Assembly: GCA_026770705.1 (NCBI GenBank)
Contig: JANJGN010000009.1
Span: 27,032,001 to 27,096,000, forward strand
Reading direction: 5' to 3'
Source of the DNA: Isurus oxyrinchus
Lineage: Eukaryota
Length of the DNA stretch: 64,000 nucleotides
Position 1 is the stretch's first letter; each line of letters begins with the position of its first letter. A program made the position numbers and the translations under genes. Below are positions 50,413-61,837 of the stretch, piece by piece. The notes below the pieces were generated by a model. It did no database searches, was not told the DNA's origin, and saw only the letters and a program-made list of their open reading frames with translations.

Positions 50413-51034
50413 TATATTTATTAAAAAATCAGAATTGGAACAAAAGTAAATTAATTTCAACCCAATTTTCCAATTGTCAGCAACTACTGTTACTCCTGGA
50501 GCCTTCCTGATTAGAAAGTTGAGATTAAAATTTCCACTTAAGCAGGGTGTTTCTTCCAGCCAGTGGTGTACAGTGCAGCTCATTCCGTTTGAAGTGTTCA
50601 CACCCTGTTGATTTAGCATTGTCATCTTTTTGTAAGAGATGAAAAATGACAACGTTGATGTCAGTTGTTTTCATGTTGTATAAAACCATTGGCCATAAAA
50701 AGAAGAAAATATATTTTAATCACGTTGCAGAAAAAACCTCAAAAAGGAACTCTAATAACTTCTTCTGTTAAGAAAGATGTTAAACTTGTTTATTTTGGCA
50801 TAGGTTTTTTTGTTGGTCAGTGTGGTTGTTTCCCTTGCACTTTAAAATCGGAGTGTTAGTTGACAAATGACTTTATGCCTCAGTAATTGCACTTGTGGTA
50901 GGGGCCAGGATTTAATGTCCCACTGGTGCGGAATTGCCAACGTTATGATTGCTTTAGCTTGTTTTCCCTCTTCATCTTTTAAGTGCCATTAATCCCTTCA
51001 CTGGGTATAGTTCCAATGGCACAAAGTTGAACCG

Positions 51035-51134
51035 CTGCAGAAGGCAGCTCACCACCACCTTCTCAAGGGCAACTAGGGAGAGACAATAAATGCTCGTCCA
51101 GCCAGCGAAGCCCACATCCTGTGAATGAATGAAG
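51035..51134 (+). mobile_element. LINE family 2 short 3' tail insertion
   Basis: gcagctcaccaccaccttctcaagggc...cacatcctgtgaatgaatg; near-identical tail at 52016-52077. Confidence 0.8.
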
Positions 51135-51689
51135 AACAACCTTGCTTGCATCACAGCTGAGACTGACCTGCTCTTGCCTGATGGCTACACTTCCAGCTGC
51201 TAGCATTGCATAGAATTGAGTGAGGACAGTGGCTAATTTTGCAACCCTACCCCAAAGTTGCTCTGCCCAATTGTAGCTTCCTTGCTGATATTGGCTAACT
51301 CAGTACAAGTAGGGATTGAATGTGAGATGTTCCTGTTTTTATGAATGGTTGAACCTTCAGTGAGCCCAAACATTAGTTTTGAAATTGTTATCTTCATTTT
51401 GTGATTTTTTTTTAAAGAAGCTTTTTCCATAAGGATGAGGCTCAATGCTTTTTCTCCAGTTTTTTTACCTCTTGTACTTTCCTGAAAATGATGCTAATGT
51501 TGGCCTATGATTTTGTTGGTGTTAAAAGCCATCGCAGAAAGACCAAATGGAGGAATTTTGATATTTGAGGGGTGAAGTGAGTGCTGAAAACATGGAGCCA
51601 GACCTTGACCACTACAGGAATTGGCAACATAGATAATCGATCTTCATATGGTAGAAGTTTTTATTTATTACAAATCTTTCTCACCGCAG

Positions 51690-52185
51690 CACTTGAGCAT
51701 ATAATCTTGGCTGACAGTTCAGGACTGTTGAAGGAGTGCTACATTGTCAGTGGTGCTGTCCCTTAGATAAATTGAGGTCCCATCAGTCCATCCAAGTATA
51801 AAGTAACAAAAGACTTGCATTTATATAGTGCCCTTCATAACTTTGGGATGTCCAAAAGCACTTTCCAGCCAATGAAATGCTTTTCAAGTGTTGTCACTGT
51901 AGGGACCACAGCAGAGAATTTACTGCAGCTGATGCAATGATATCTCATGGCACAATTTGAAGAATAGTGTTGTTTTGACCAAATTTTTTCTATCAACAAA
52001 TTATCCAGTTAATCATAGGGGTAGACAATAAATGCTGGTCCAGCCAGTGAAGCCCACATCCTGTGAATGAATGAAGCTATTTGAAGAACCTTGCTGTACA
52101 AATTGGCTTCTTTGCCTATTCAGTAGTATACACTTCATAAATGAATTCACTGACAATGAAATGCTTTTGGGATGCCTTGTTTCTT
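51690..52185 (+). mobile_element. Deu-domain SINE with two nested inserts
   Basis: cttgagcatataatc..ggctgaca...ggagtgctacattgtc; inverted SINE 3' end near 51805-51935; LINE tail 52016-52077. Confidence 0.55.
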
Positions 52186-52635
52186 TCCTATCTTTGCTTT
52201 CCCCAAACCCTAGTTCGCATTAATTGAACTAAATGTACCAAAATGCTCAAGGAAAGATGGAACCAATGGAAATGGTTGCCGTTCTAAATACCACACTTCA
52301 AAAAAAAAATCCGAATCACTCAAAGGTGCAGATGCACTGTGGCAATGTAGTATAACATTGAACCTGGACTTTTATGAGCAAGTATTGGACTTGTGAAGGT
52401 ATTTAATGTGGATGTGTTACGTCAAAATAATTAATGCTATTGATTAAAAGGTTCAATTTCCTATCCACTTTAATTCATATTATTACACTCCTGTTCATCC
52501 TTCATTCTTACTGTCCTTTTTCTATAGTCATTTATTATCTTTTGTGTGAATTAAAGGTTAATGTTCAATACAAGTGAAACTAGAATCAGGAACTCATGAG
52601 TAGACCCTTCCTGCCACCATCCGCTCTCCTTGACC

Positions 52636-53330
52636 TGTCTGAAATTTTACAGGGGGCTGGGGGAAGACATTGGGCCTATTGAACTATTGAAGCCCTCAAG
52701 TGCTGTGCGGGTGGTGGTGGTGGAAGCCTGAGCCATGTGGGAAGCCCAGCAGCTTGAGCTGCACAGGCTGGGGTCTGGCAAGAGGGAGGATGTTTTTTCA
52801 GTCCGCCTGGCCTGTTGGAGGCAGCTGTCCCTGGACTCTTGAATGTGGCCTGCCAACCCTGCTGAGACCCCTAACTGCCCTGGGCCTCTTCGTGTGGTGG
52901 GAGCAGTCCCAGTCACGGCCACTACTCCTGACAGGTGCTGCTGGGACAACAGAGCTGTCGGCCATCCAATTGGGCAGCAGCAATAAAGATTTCCACGTGA
53001 GAAATGGGTGGGAATCTCTCCTTAAAGCAACTAGTTCCCAGTGTTCAGTTGCTGTGGGGCAGCTGTTGGGGTNNNNNNNNNNNNNNNNNNNNNNNNNNNN
53101 NNNNNNNNNNNNNNNNNNNNNNNNNNNNNNNNNNNNNNNNNNNNNNNNNNNNNNNNNNNNNNNNNNNNNNNNNNNNNNNNNNNNNNNNNNNNNNNNNNNN
53201 NNNNNNNNNNNNNNNNNNNNNNNNNNNNNNNNNNNNNNNNNNNNNNNNNNNNNNNNNNNNNNNNNNNNNNNNNNNNNNNNCTCTTTTTAGTAAGGGGCTG
53301 GGGACTGAGGTGCCCCATAAAATCCAGCCT
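52636..53330. mobile_element. GC-rich MITE-like element spanning the assembly gap
   Basis: tctgaaattttac ... ataaaatccagcc termini resemble the other TIR elements. Confidence 0.45.
53073..53280. other. Assembly gap (208 N)
   Basis: Run of n. Confidence 1.
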
Positions 53331-53509
53331 AATGACACTAAAGATGCTGCAGGAGTGTTAATCTCCTCCGAATAAGCTGGACGTCTGGACAAGGAGATTC
53401 CTTGGACAAGCACAATGTTTAGCTCAAAGAGCTCCACCCCATGAGCAGTGCAGCTTGGATGTGATTTGCTTTTTGTATCAGAATGCCTAGAGTAGATAGC
53501 AAACAGTGC

Positions 53510-53863
53510 AGTCTTTCCCCTGTACTGTTTTGAAATGTCACCATAGATTTACTTGTTCAGGTTTCTGGAGTAGAACTTAAACTATTGACCTTCTGACTCT
53601 TGAGGTGAGAGCGCTACCACTAAGCCTCGGCTAATGAAACAGTTCAGTGATTTATAAAAAAGAAAATCATAAGACATAGGCATTGGTGGCAAGGCCAGCA
53701 TTTGTTGCCCATCCCTAAATGCCCTTGAAGGTGGTGATGAGTCATGAGTGATGCAGTAATAGCAATGTGATAGGAGTCTTTCCCCTGTACTGTTTTGAAA
53801 TGTCATCATAGATTTACTTGTTCAGGTTTCTGGAGTAGAACTTAAACTATTGACCTTCTGACT
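53510..53863 (+). repeat. 89-bp direct duplication (53510-53598 and 53775-53863)
   Basis: One mismatch (cacc/catc); offset 265. Confidence 0.92.
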
Positions 53864-54254
53864 ACTGACCTTCTAGTGACCAAGGTGGGGGACTGGAAAC
53901 CGGAGATATGAGAGAGAGATGAACTAACAAGATTTTTCTTGTATCCTATCTAGGAGTTTGATAAGTACTGGATATATAATGGTCGGTTCTATTCCTAACC
54001 AGATACTCATTAACTGTTTGCTTTGTGGGCTCAACTCAGATTCACATTTAAGTGAGTTTGTTTTTACTCATCCCTACTGTATTCAGGATATATGTCACCA
54101 TATGCACAGTTAAACTCAATCACCTAGCATCGTATTATGGTGCATCTGTTATGATGACATCATAACATTAGATTTGGTCTCAAATCGTAACCAATACATG
54201 TAAAACATCATGCTCGAACTGGACAATCTAAACCCTTGACATTAAACCTGACAA

Positions 54255-55790
54255 CACAAGAACACAGGAGGAGGGGTAGATCATACAATCATGGCTGATG
54301 TTGGGTTTCTACTCCACTTTCCTGCTTGCATCCCTGAAATGCCAAAGTCTCTCTATCCCAGCCTTGAATGTATTCAATGATTGAGCATCCACAACCCTCT
54401 CGGGTAGAGAATTCCAAAGATTCACAGCTGAGTGAAGAAGTTTCTCCCCATCTCAGTCCTAAATGGCCGGCTCCTTTTTTTTATCCTGAGTCTGTGCCCC
54501 CATGTTTTGGATTCCCCAATCAGGTGGAAACAATTGCTCAGTGTCTACTCTACCAAGCTGCTTCAGAATCTGTTTCAATGAGGTTGTCTCTCATTCTTCA
54601 ACTCCAGAGCGCATAGGCCTAATTTACTCAGCCCCTCATCGTAAGACAGCTCCCTCATCCCAGGGACCCATTTAGTGAACCTTCACTACCACATCCAATG
54701 CAAGTATATCCTTTCTTAAATGTGGAGACCAAAACTCCACACTACTCCAGATGTGGGCTCGCTAAAATCCTGTACAATTGTAGCAGGATTTCTTTATCCC
54801 TGTACTCTAATCCTCTTGTAATAATGGGCAGCATGCCATTTGCCTTGCTAATTCTTGCTGTATTTGCATACTAACTTCCTGCTTTGCTTGTATGAGCACA
54901 CCAACCTTCTTTGAACATCAACATTTACAAGTTTCTCACCTTTTTAAAAGAAGCATCGTTCTTAATCTTATGACCGAAGTGAATAACTTTACATTTCCCT
55001 ACATGATACTCCACCTGCCATCTTGTTGCTCACTCACTCAACCTGTCTATATCTCTTCACAGCCTGCCTCTGTCCTCCCCACATCTTAACCTTTCCACAT
55101 AGCTTTGTATCATCAGCAAGCTTAGAAAACGTTCTGTCTCCTCTTAGTCAGTAATACAGATTGTATATAGCTGAGGCCCAGCACTGATCCTTGTGGGACT
55201 CCACTATTCACTGCCTGCCAACTTAATGCTCTGTTTATGCTCACCCCCTGCTTCCTGTTAACCAATCCTCTATCCATGTTTATATATTACACTCAAGTCA
55301 ATGAGCCTTTATCTTGCCTATTAACCTTTTTTGTGCTTTTTGGAAGCCTAGGAAAACTACATCTACTGGTGTCCCTTTATCTACCCTAGTAGTTACATCC
55401 CCAAAAAACTAAATTTGTCAAACAGGGTTTCCCTTAGTAAAACCATGTTGACTTGTTCTAATTGTACAAAGCTTTCCTAAGCGCAGTAAGACTTCCTTAA
55501 TAGATTCCAGCATTTTTCCAATGACTGATGTTAGATTAATGGGCCTCTAGATTGCTTTTTCTTGAAATGGTGTAACAATTGCCAACTTCCAATCTGATGC
55601 GACTGTTCCCGAATCTAAAGTTTTGGAAATCATAGCGCATTCACCATCTCTGCAGCTATCTCTTTTAGAAGGTCTCAGATTTGTCAGATTTTATTCCCTT
55701 AAATTTCTCTAATATTAATTTCTTTAACTTCCTCACTCTTTTTAGCCCCTAGGTTACTCTCAGTTTCTGATCTGAAACTTATGTCGTCGT
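54255..55790 (-). mobile_element. CR1 LINE RT and 3' end
   Basis: CR1 3' UTR at 54255; tggagaccaaaactccacactactccag; ggccccagcactgatccttgtgg-like RT motif. Confidence 0.85.
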
Positions 55791-55791
55791 T

Positions 55792-57192
55792 TTTATTCAG
55801 GGGATGTGGGTGTGGCTGGCTAGGTCAGCATTTATTGTCCATCCCTAATGGCCCTTGAAGGTGGTGGTGAGCTGCTGCCTTGAACTGCTGCAGTCCATGT
55901 GGTGTGGGTACATACACCATACACAGTGCTGTCAGGGGGGAAGCTCCAGGATTTTGACGCTGTGTCAGTAAAGGAATGGCAATATATTTCCAAGTCAGGA
56001 TAGTGTGGCTTGGAGGGCAACTTGCAGGCAGTCATGTTCCCTTTGTTTTGATATGGTAGGTGGTATTTGCCAGGCTGACCAACTCTCAAAGGGAAACTTG
56101 GTCACACTATCAACAATTTTGCAATTTGTATCTATTACGGGAAGGTTTGTGCACTGAAGTCAGAAGTACTGCATCAACTACCACCTTTAGAGATTCTAAA
56201 GATTAAATTAAAACATTTGTTAACAAAAGAGAGCTTAAGCCACAAGCTACAGTTACAGTTGATTTTAAATTCTAAAGATTTCTATTTGACTAAACTCCCA
56301 ACTACACAACACTCCAGATAGATTCTTAATCTATAAAGCATCCACACAATATTACAAGCACCCACTGTTGCTGTAAGGGAGGTATTTCATAGCTTCTCTC
56401 CCCCTCTCTCTCTTGACAATGGAACTCGGAAGGGTTTTAACAAAACCTTGGTTAGTGGAACAGCGAACTTCTCCAGCGTAGCTAGAGACTTTTCCATGGG
56501 TCTGTTTCACACAGTCCACTTTCTAAGATCTCGCACCGCCACTTCCACGCTGCTTTCCTTCCTTCTTTAAATATATTTCCATCCTTTTTTGATCTGTATA
56601 TCCCATTGTTTCAACCTGTCTTTGGAAGTTGCTTTTCCTAGAATATAAAAATCTTTCATGATGTCATTATGGCCAGCACGTTTGGGGAGAAAAAATAAAC
56701 TTAATAACTTTGCCTTATTTATCTTGCCAATTGTAAACATCTTATGTCCCTTTGAAAATCAAACCTCTCAACTTATCTAAAAATGCAAATTGTATTTACA
56801 CTGCATCTGCTGAGATGTTATCCTAGCTTACCCATCTCCATTTCAAATGCCTGTTTTACACCAAATCCCTTTTTTTGATTCAAACCTTGCAGTCTGATTG
56901 TCTGCAGTTTAATTTAAAGTAGGGAGCCACACACGCAACACAGCCCCCATGGGCCTACTTTAAGCATCCCACAGTAATATTAGGAAAAAAGTTATCTTTC
57001 CTTTACATCATGCATCTGCTGCCCTTGTCTGTCTAGATGGTAGAAGTTGTAGGTTTAAGGTGCTATCTAAGGAGGCTTGGTGAGTTCCTGCAATGCGTCT
57101 TGTAGATGGTACACACTGCTGTGCATTGGTGGAGGGAGTGAATGTCTTGGATGGGCTGACAGTCAAGTAGGCTGCTTTGTCCTGGATGGTGA
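55792..57192 (-). mobile_element. LINE family 2 3' fragment split by an LTR-like insert
   Basis: 55792-56043 and 57008-57192 are contiguous relative to the 10946-11800 copy. Confidence 0.8.
56044..57007. mobile_element. Probable solo LTR (964 bp)
   Basis: TG...CA ends; flanks cctt/tcat, each one mismatch from the inferred target ccat; non-coding. Confidence 0.55.
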
Positions 57193-57194
57193 CT

Positions 57195-58030
57195 CATGCT
57201 ATTCCTAATTTTTCACCCTTACTGATTCGACTTCATGATATTCTGAGGCCACATTCTTTCCCACTAATGTCCTAATATCATCCTTTACTATTAGGGCAAC
57301 CCCTCCTTTTATTTCAGAAAGACAGACAGAACAATGTGTATCCTGGAATATTTATCTCCCAACCTTGAATTCCTTGGAACCTTGTTTCTGTAATGGTGAT
57401 TAGACCTAAATCACTTACCTCTTTTTGTGTCATTAGATCCTCTATCTTATTGGAGATGATTTGTACATTCAGATTAAGAATCTTTAATTTCATTTTTTTA
57501 CTTCTACACCCTGCAATGACCTTACTTGCTGATGTACAATTTTTGTTAAACTCTGTCCCTTATTGTCCCATTTTGCTTGCCTTTACCCATATTGCTATAC
57601 TGTTCTGATGCCTCGACCTTCTCTCTTTGGGTTTCAAAATCCCCTTTCACCTGAATCCTCTCCTCTACACCCCACACCCATGCCTCTGTTAGTTTAAAGC
57701 CTTGCCCACACTTATGGTAAATGAACAGTGGGAGATATTTAAATTAACAATTCAAAATGTTCAATGAAACTACATTCTATTGACATCCAAAAGCTCAGCA
57801 AGAAAGACCCATCTGTGGCTCACTCAGTATGTTAAGGATACTTTTAGATTGAAAGAGGATGCTTGCAATCTTGCAAAATCAATAAATAGGAAGTTGGAGG
57901 ATGCAGAGTGTTTTAGAAACCAACAAAAGACCACCAAAAGATAAGGATGATAAGGAGAAAAAAAATAGAATGAGAGTAAACTAGCCGGAAATATAATAAA
58001 AAAAAATAACCTTTTATAAGTATCTAAATC
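57195..58030. mobile_element. Old CR1 fragments (endonuclease N-terminus on minus to ~57710, linker on plus after it)
   Basis: tatcctggaatatt...gtttctgtaatggtg...tacattcaga; agtgggagatatttaaa...gagtaaactagcc. Confidence 0.55.
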
Positions 58031-61000
58031 TAATTATGATTGGCAATGACACTAGTCCCAGTCTGGCTTGTGAAGCCCATCTCAACAGAATAGCTCACTC
58101 TTTGAGTACTGATGCCAGTTGAACAAATCATTTGGACGATGTTGATGAAGGTAATAAGGAACTCAGCTCCAGTATTGAAAAATTCCAAAGCCGTCCAATC
58201 TCTGGGCAATAAAAAGGTGGGAATGTGGGAGAGTAAAAAGATTGGGGGAATAAAATGGGTTATAATAGGCCTGGTGGTAATGTACACAGATCAATACAAG
58301 CTCTGCTTTTAATATGAAAAATTGATAAACATGTCAGTCTCTCATTTTATACAATTTCATTTTACTGGTTTTTACTGGTCTATTCTTGATTTGAAGTTGG
58401 GTCTTTCAAATTTCTGAATTTTTTTTCTGGACATTTGAAAACCCAGGTATTTACCAAAAGAATGAAGCCACAAGGTTCACTGTTTAAAACCAAAGAATTT
58501 TACTGGACAAAAATCAAAGAGCATGAATACTAATAAGTACACTCTGCCTTAAATTGTCAGGTACATTTTAAAGATATTAAAAGTACGATGAATGCAGTCA
58601 CTTTTAGAAGTTCTAAACCGAACTTCTTCATTACTCAATTTTCTTCTACGCCCATTTGACTGACACCCCCACCGCACTTAAAAAAAAACAAGCCTGATTC
58701 TTATCAGAAATTGGAAGATTAACCATATGGTCTAAGTAAATTTTCAAAGATTCATATACGGGTTGATATTTCCTGGGCATTCTACATACATTTGGTAATG
58801 TTGTCCCTTCAAATGTCTCTAACTGTCCCAAGGTTGTAGACTCCCTGTTTAACACAGGTCTGGCTAACGTCTGAAGCGTAGCCACCATGGGTCAGAACTC
58901 TCCTCTCCTGTTCTAATGGGCTAACTCTGAAACCTTGCATCTAGTCTCTCTCTCTACTTTCTTTTAAAATTGCTTGGTCACATGATCAGTTACTGGCCCC
59001 GAGTTACTTTTTTTTTACAGGAAATCCATCTTATCGAGAAACCTAGTTCTGAAAAGGACCATCATCCAACATAAAACATAGGCTTTCCACCAAAAGCACA
59101 TGGACCATCACCACTTTTTAAAGAATGCTACTTTAATTACATTGGTTAATTTCTGTCACTGCATGAGTTTTTTTGGACCAAAATAACAACAATGAATTGT
59201 CAAAAGTAGACTGCACTTGGTGAGTTCAGTGAATCTATTTAGATAAATTGGAACTCCACAGGATTTGGTATTTAGTGCTTTGCTACCAGTACACTTTTGG
59301 GAACATCGCCCTTAGTGTCAATATGCTGCATCTCATGTGATATTCTTAATTCATCTTCACAAATTACCCTGGCCAATTGCCCTCCATGATGTTGGATTTC
59401 ACTCTATCATTCTTATTCCAAATGCTCTCTGCAGATGTAAACATACTGCTGGGTGTTTTTTTTATCCACAATTTTAGTGGATGATTGCACAACTATGTAC
59501 CCACAAGTACGCTGTACTAAAATGATAATGCTAGTGTTTAAACGTAGTCCTCAGTTCTACACTCAAATGTTTTTTTTTGCACAATTAAGTGTGTGTAAAG
59601 AGCTACAGTAGGGTTATAGGCAAAATAAGGCCGTGTAGTTTGATTTAAAAGGCCTCTATAGTTTAAGGAACATAGGCCAGGAGTAGCCCATTAAGCCCCT
59701 TGATGAGATCATGGCTGATTTTGAAGCTAGAGCCCATATTGTGGAGTAAAAAGTTTTTAAATTGGACTCCATAATCGTCAACATAGTGTAAGATAGATGG
59801 CACAGGTGGCTTGTGCATAAAGGTGGCTTCCCTCTCCCGGTTGTGGCCCATGTACATGTAAAGGCCTGTACTGGAAACTCCTGACTTTTCCCTTTAATGA
59901 AAATCTGTTTCTGAGGCAGAGCTATTCCAACATCTATAGCTGTAATTAAAAGGCCTCTATTGTAATCATTTTAATAAAGATGATAATTAAAGTGGTTTCT
60001 AAAATAGTCCTGCTTTCATTGCTGCAAGAGGAGGCAAAGCTCATTGCTAGCTGGACTTCAAAGAAAAAAAAGTGCTGAAAATATACCTGGAAAGCAGGAT
60101 GACTTGAAGGAGTGTGCAAATAATGTAGCCCTGTAACAGACCCAGATTGCTGCTATAACCCTGTTTATGTTTTGGACACAAGAATTTGAATTTAAACCAT
60201 GTTGATAGCATCATAGTGTAGCTTCTTCACTTTGGAATCGTATGGCACAAAAATTCCTCTGTGTAACAGTGATTCCTTGAAGCCTTTAGGGTCAAGAACA
60301 TATGAAATTTTGAAGGGTGTTGAGCTGATTTTTTTTCAGAATCAAGCAATGGTTCCTAAAATTGAACTCTAACAAAAATATCTGTCTGTCGATCTACATT
60401 TTCTACAGTATAATGTTAGAGTAAAATTAAGAAATCGGCTTATGTACAGAAACTTACAGACATTTGTTGTGCTAATTCTATGGGCTCACTGATGCAAACC
60501 CTCAAACGTTTTCCTCCCTCCCTGCCCACCACGATATAAATCTTGTCCTCTGAGAGACAGCCCCTACAAAATGAAAGGGTCTGGTTAACTATTTGGTAAC
60601 GGCGCAATGATAAAACTTGATCCAAATACAGGCAAGTTATAATTTTTAAAATGGCCAGCCTTACTAAAACTATTTTTAACAAAGCCACTTCAGTCAAATA
60701 CATGACGTGGCAAAAACAAGTGGTCTGTAAAGCTCTTAATGCACCTTTTTATCATTAGTCAATTGATGAGGTTAAATGATTGGGTTAGATAAAGAAAACA
60801 TGTTTACTTGACAAGTTATTTTTTGTTTCCTGCCCAGCTCCCCTTTGAGATGGAGGTCTACTATATCCAACACATCACGCTATATATTGTTCCAATCTAC
60901 CTGATGCAGAAAGGGGGTAAGCTTTTTAGATTTTTTAAATGTTCCAAATGACAAAATGGAATGCCAGTTTTAAATATTTGATTAATTACACATTTTGCGA

Positions 61001-61837
61001 TATTTGTTCAGTCGCAGCTTGGTGTGGGAATGCAACATACACATCAGAAAAATAACGTTTGATAACCTGGTTTGTGCTGTTTAGTTAATCCCAAAAAAAG
61101 TGACAGTAGGAATAATGCACTCTGCCTCAGTGTTCCCATGCAAGGGAGGGAAAATCATAGGGAATTCTAATCCTGATCATGAGCCCATAATTCCTTCTGG
61201 TAAGGCGTACCTGGTGTCAGCTGAGAGCAGAGTCTGGTGGTACTTTCAGCTAAGAGCTAGTTGATAGTGTCCACTTAGTGTAAATAATTAAACTTTGGGC
61301 AAGGTACTGGAAATATTGGTATAAACAGCAAAAATTTGGTAGTTTAAGAAGAGGAAGGATTCACTCTCGGTATTTTGTTTTTTTTAAATTAAATGGCAAT
61401 AGGTAATATATTGTTTGAAACCTGGGTTTTCCACCTGTGGATTTACCACAGGTTCAGATACAGACCAGACCAGGTGGAAGTGTAAACTATCTGTTGGCAT
61501 TAAATTCGTCATCTACCTCCACAGGATAGTAGTTAAAGAACAGGAACATGTCGTGCTGATGCATTAGGGGGCGGGCTTCTGAGATTGTAGCTGAGGTGTA
61601 TTTTTGGAGCAGAGCGGGGAGGGAAGCATTCACTCTGTTTAACCAAGTAGGAGACTGGAATCCAAATGAGATATTTCATACATATTTTAACAGATGCAAC
61701 TGTAGCTTGCTTGAGCAATTATTGAGCAAAAGCAATCATTTCCTTGCCCAGTTCCATATTCCAAGCTATTCTAGGCTTACCAGTGTTACACTCCTCTCTC
61801 TGACTTCTAACAACATCAGTGACAATGAATAAGACAA

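Noticed and set aside
52700-53437. Long ORFs across 53073-53280
   Set aside because: Artefacts of translating the N gap
61395-61510. LF-SINE-like head (also about 34975-35020)
   Set aside because: Similarity too short and degenerate to support by eye
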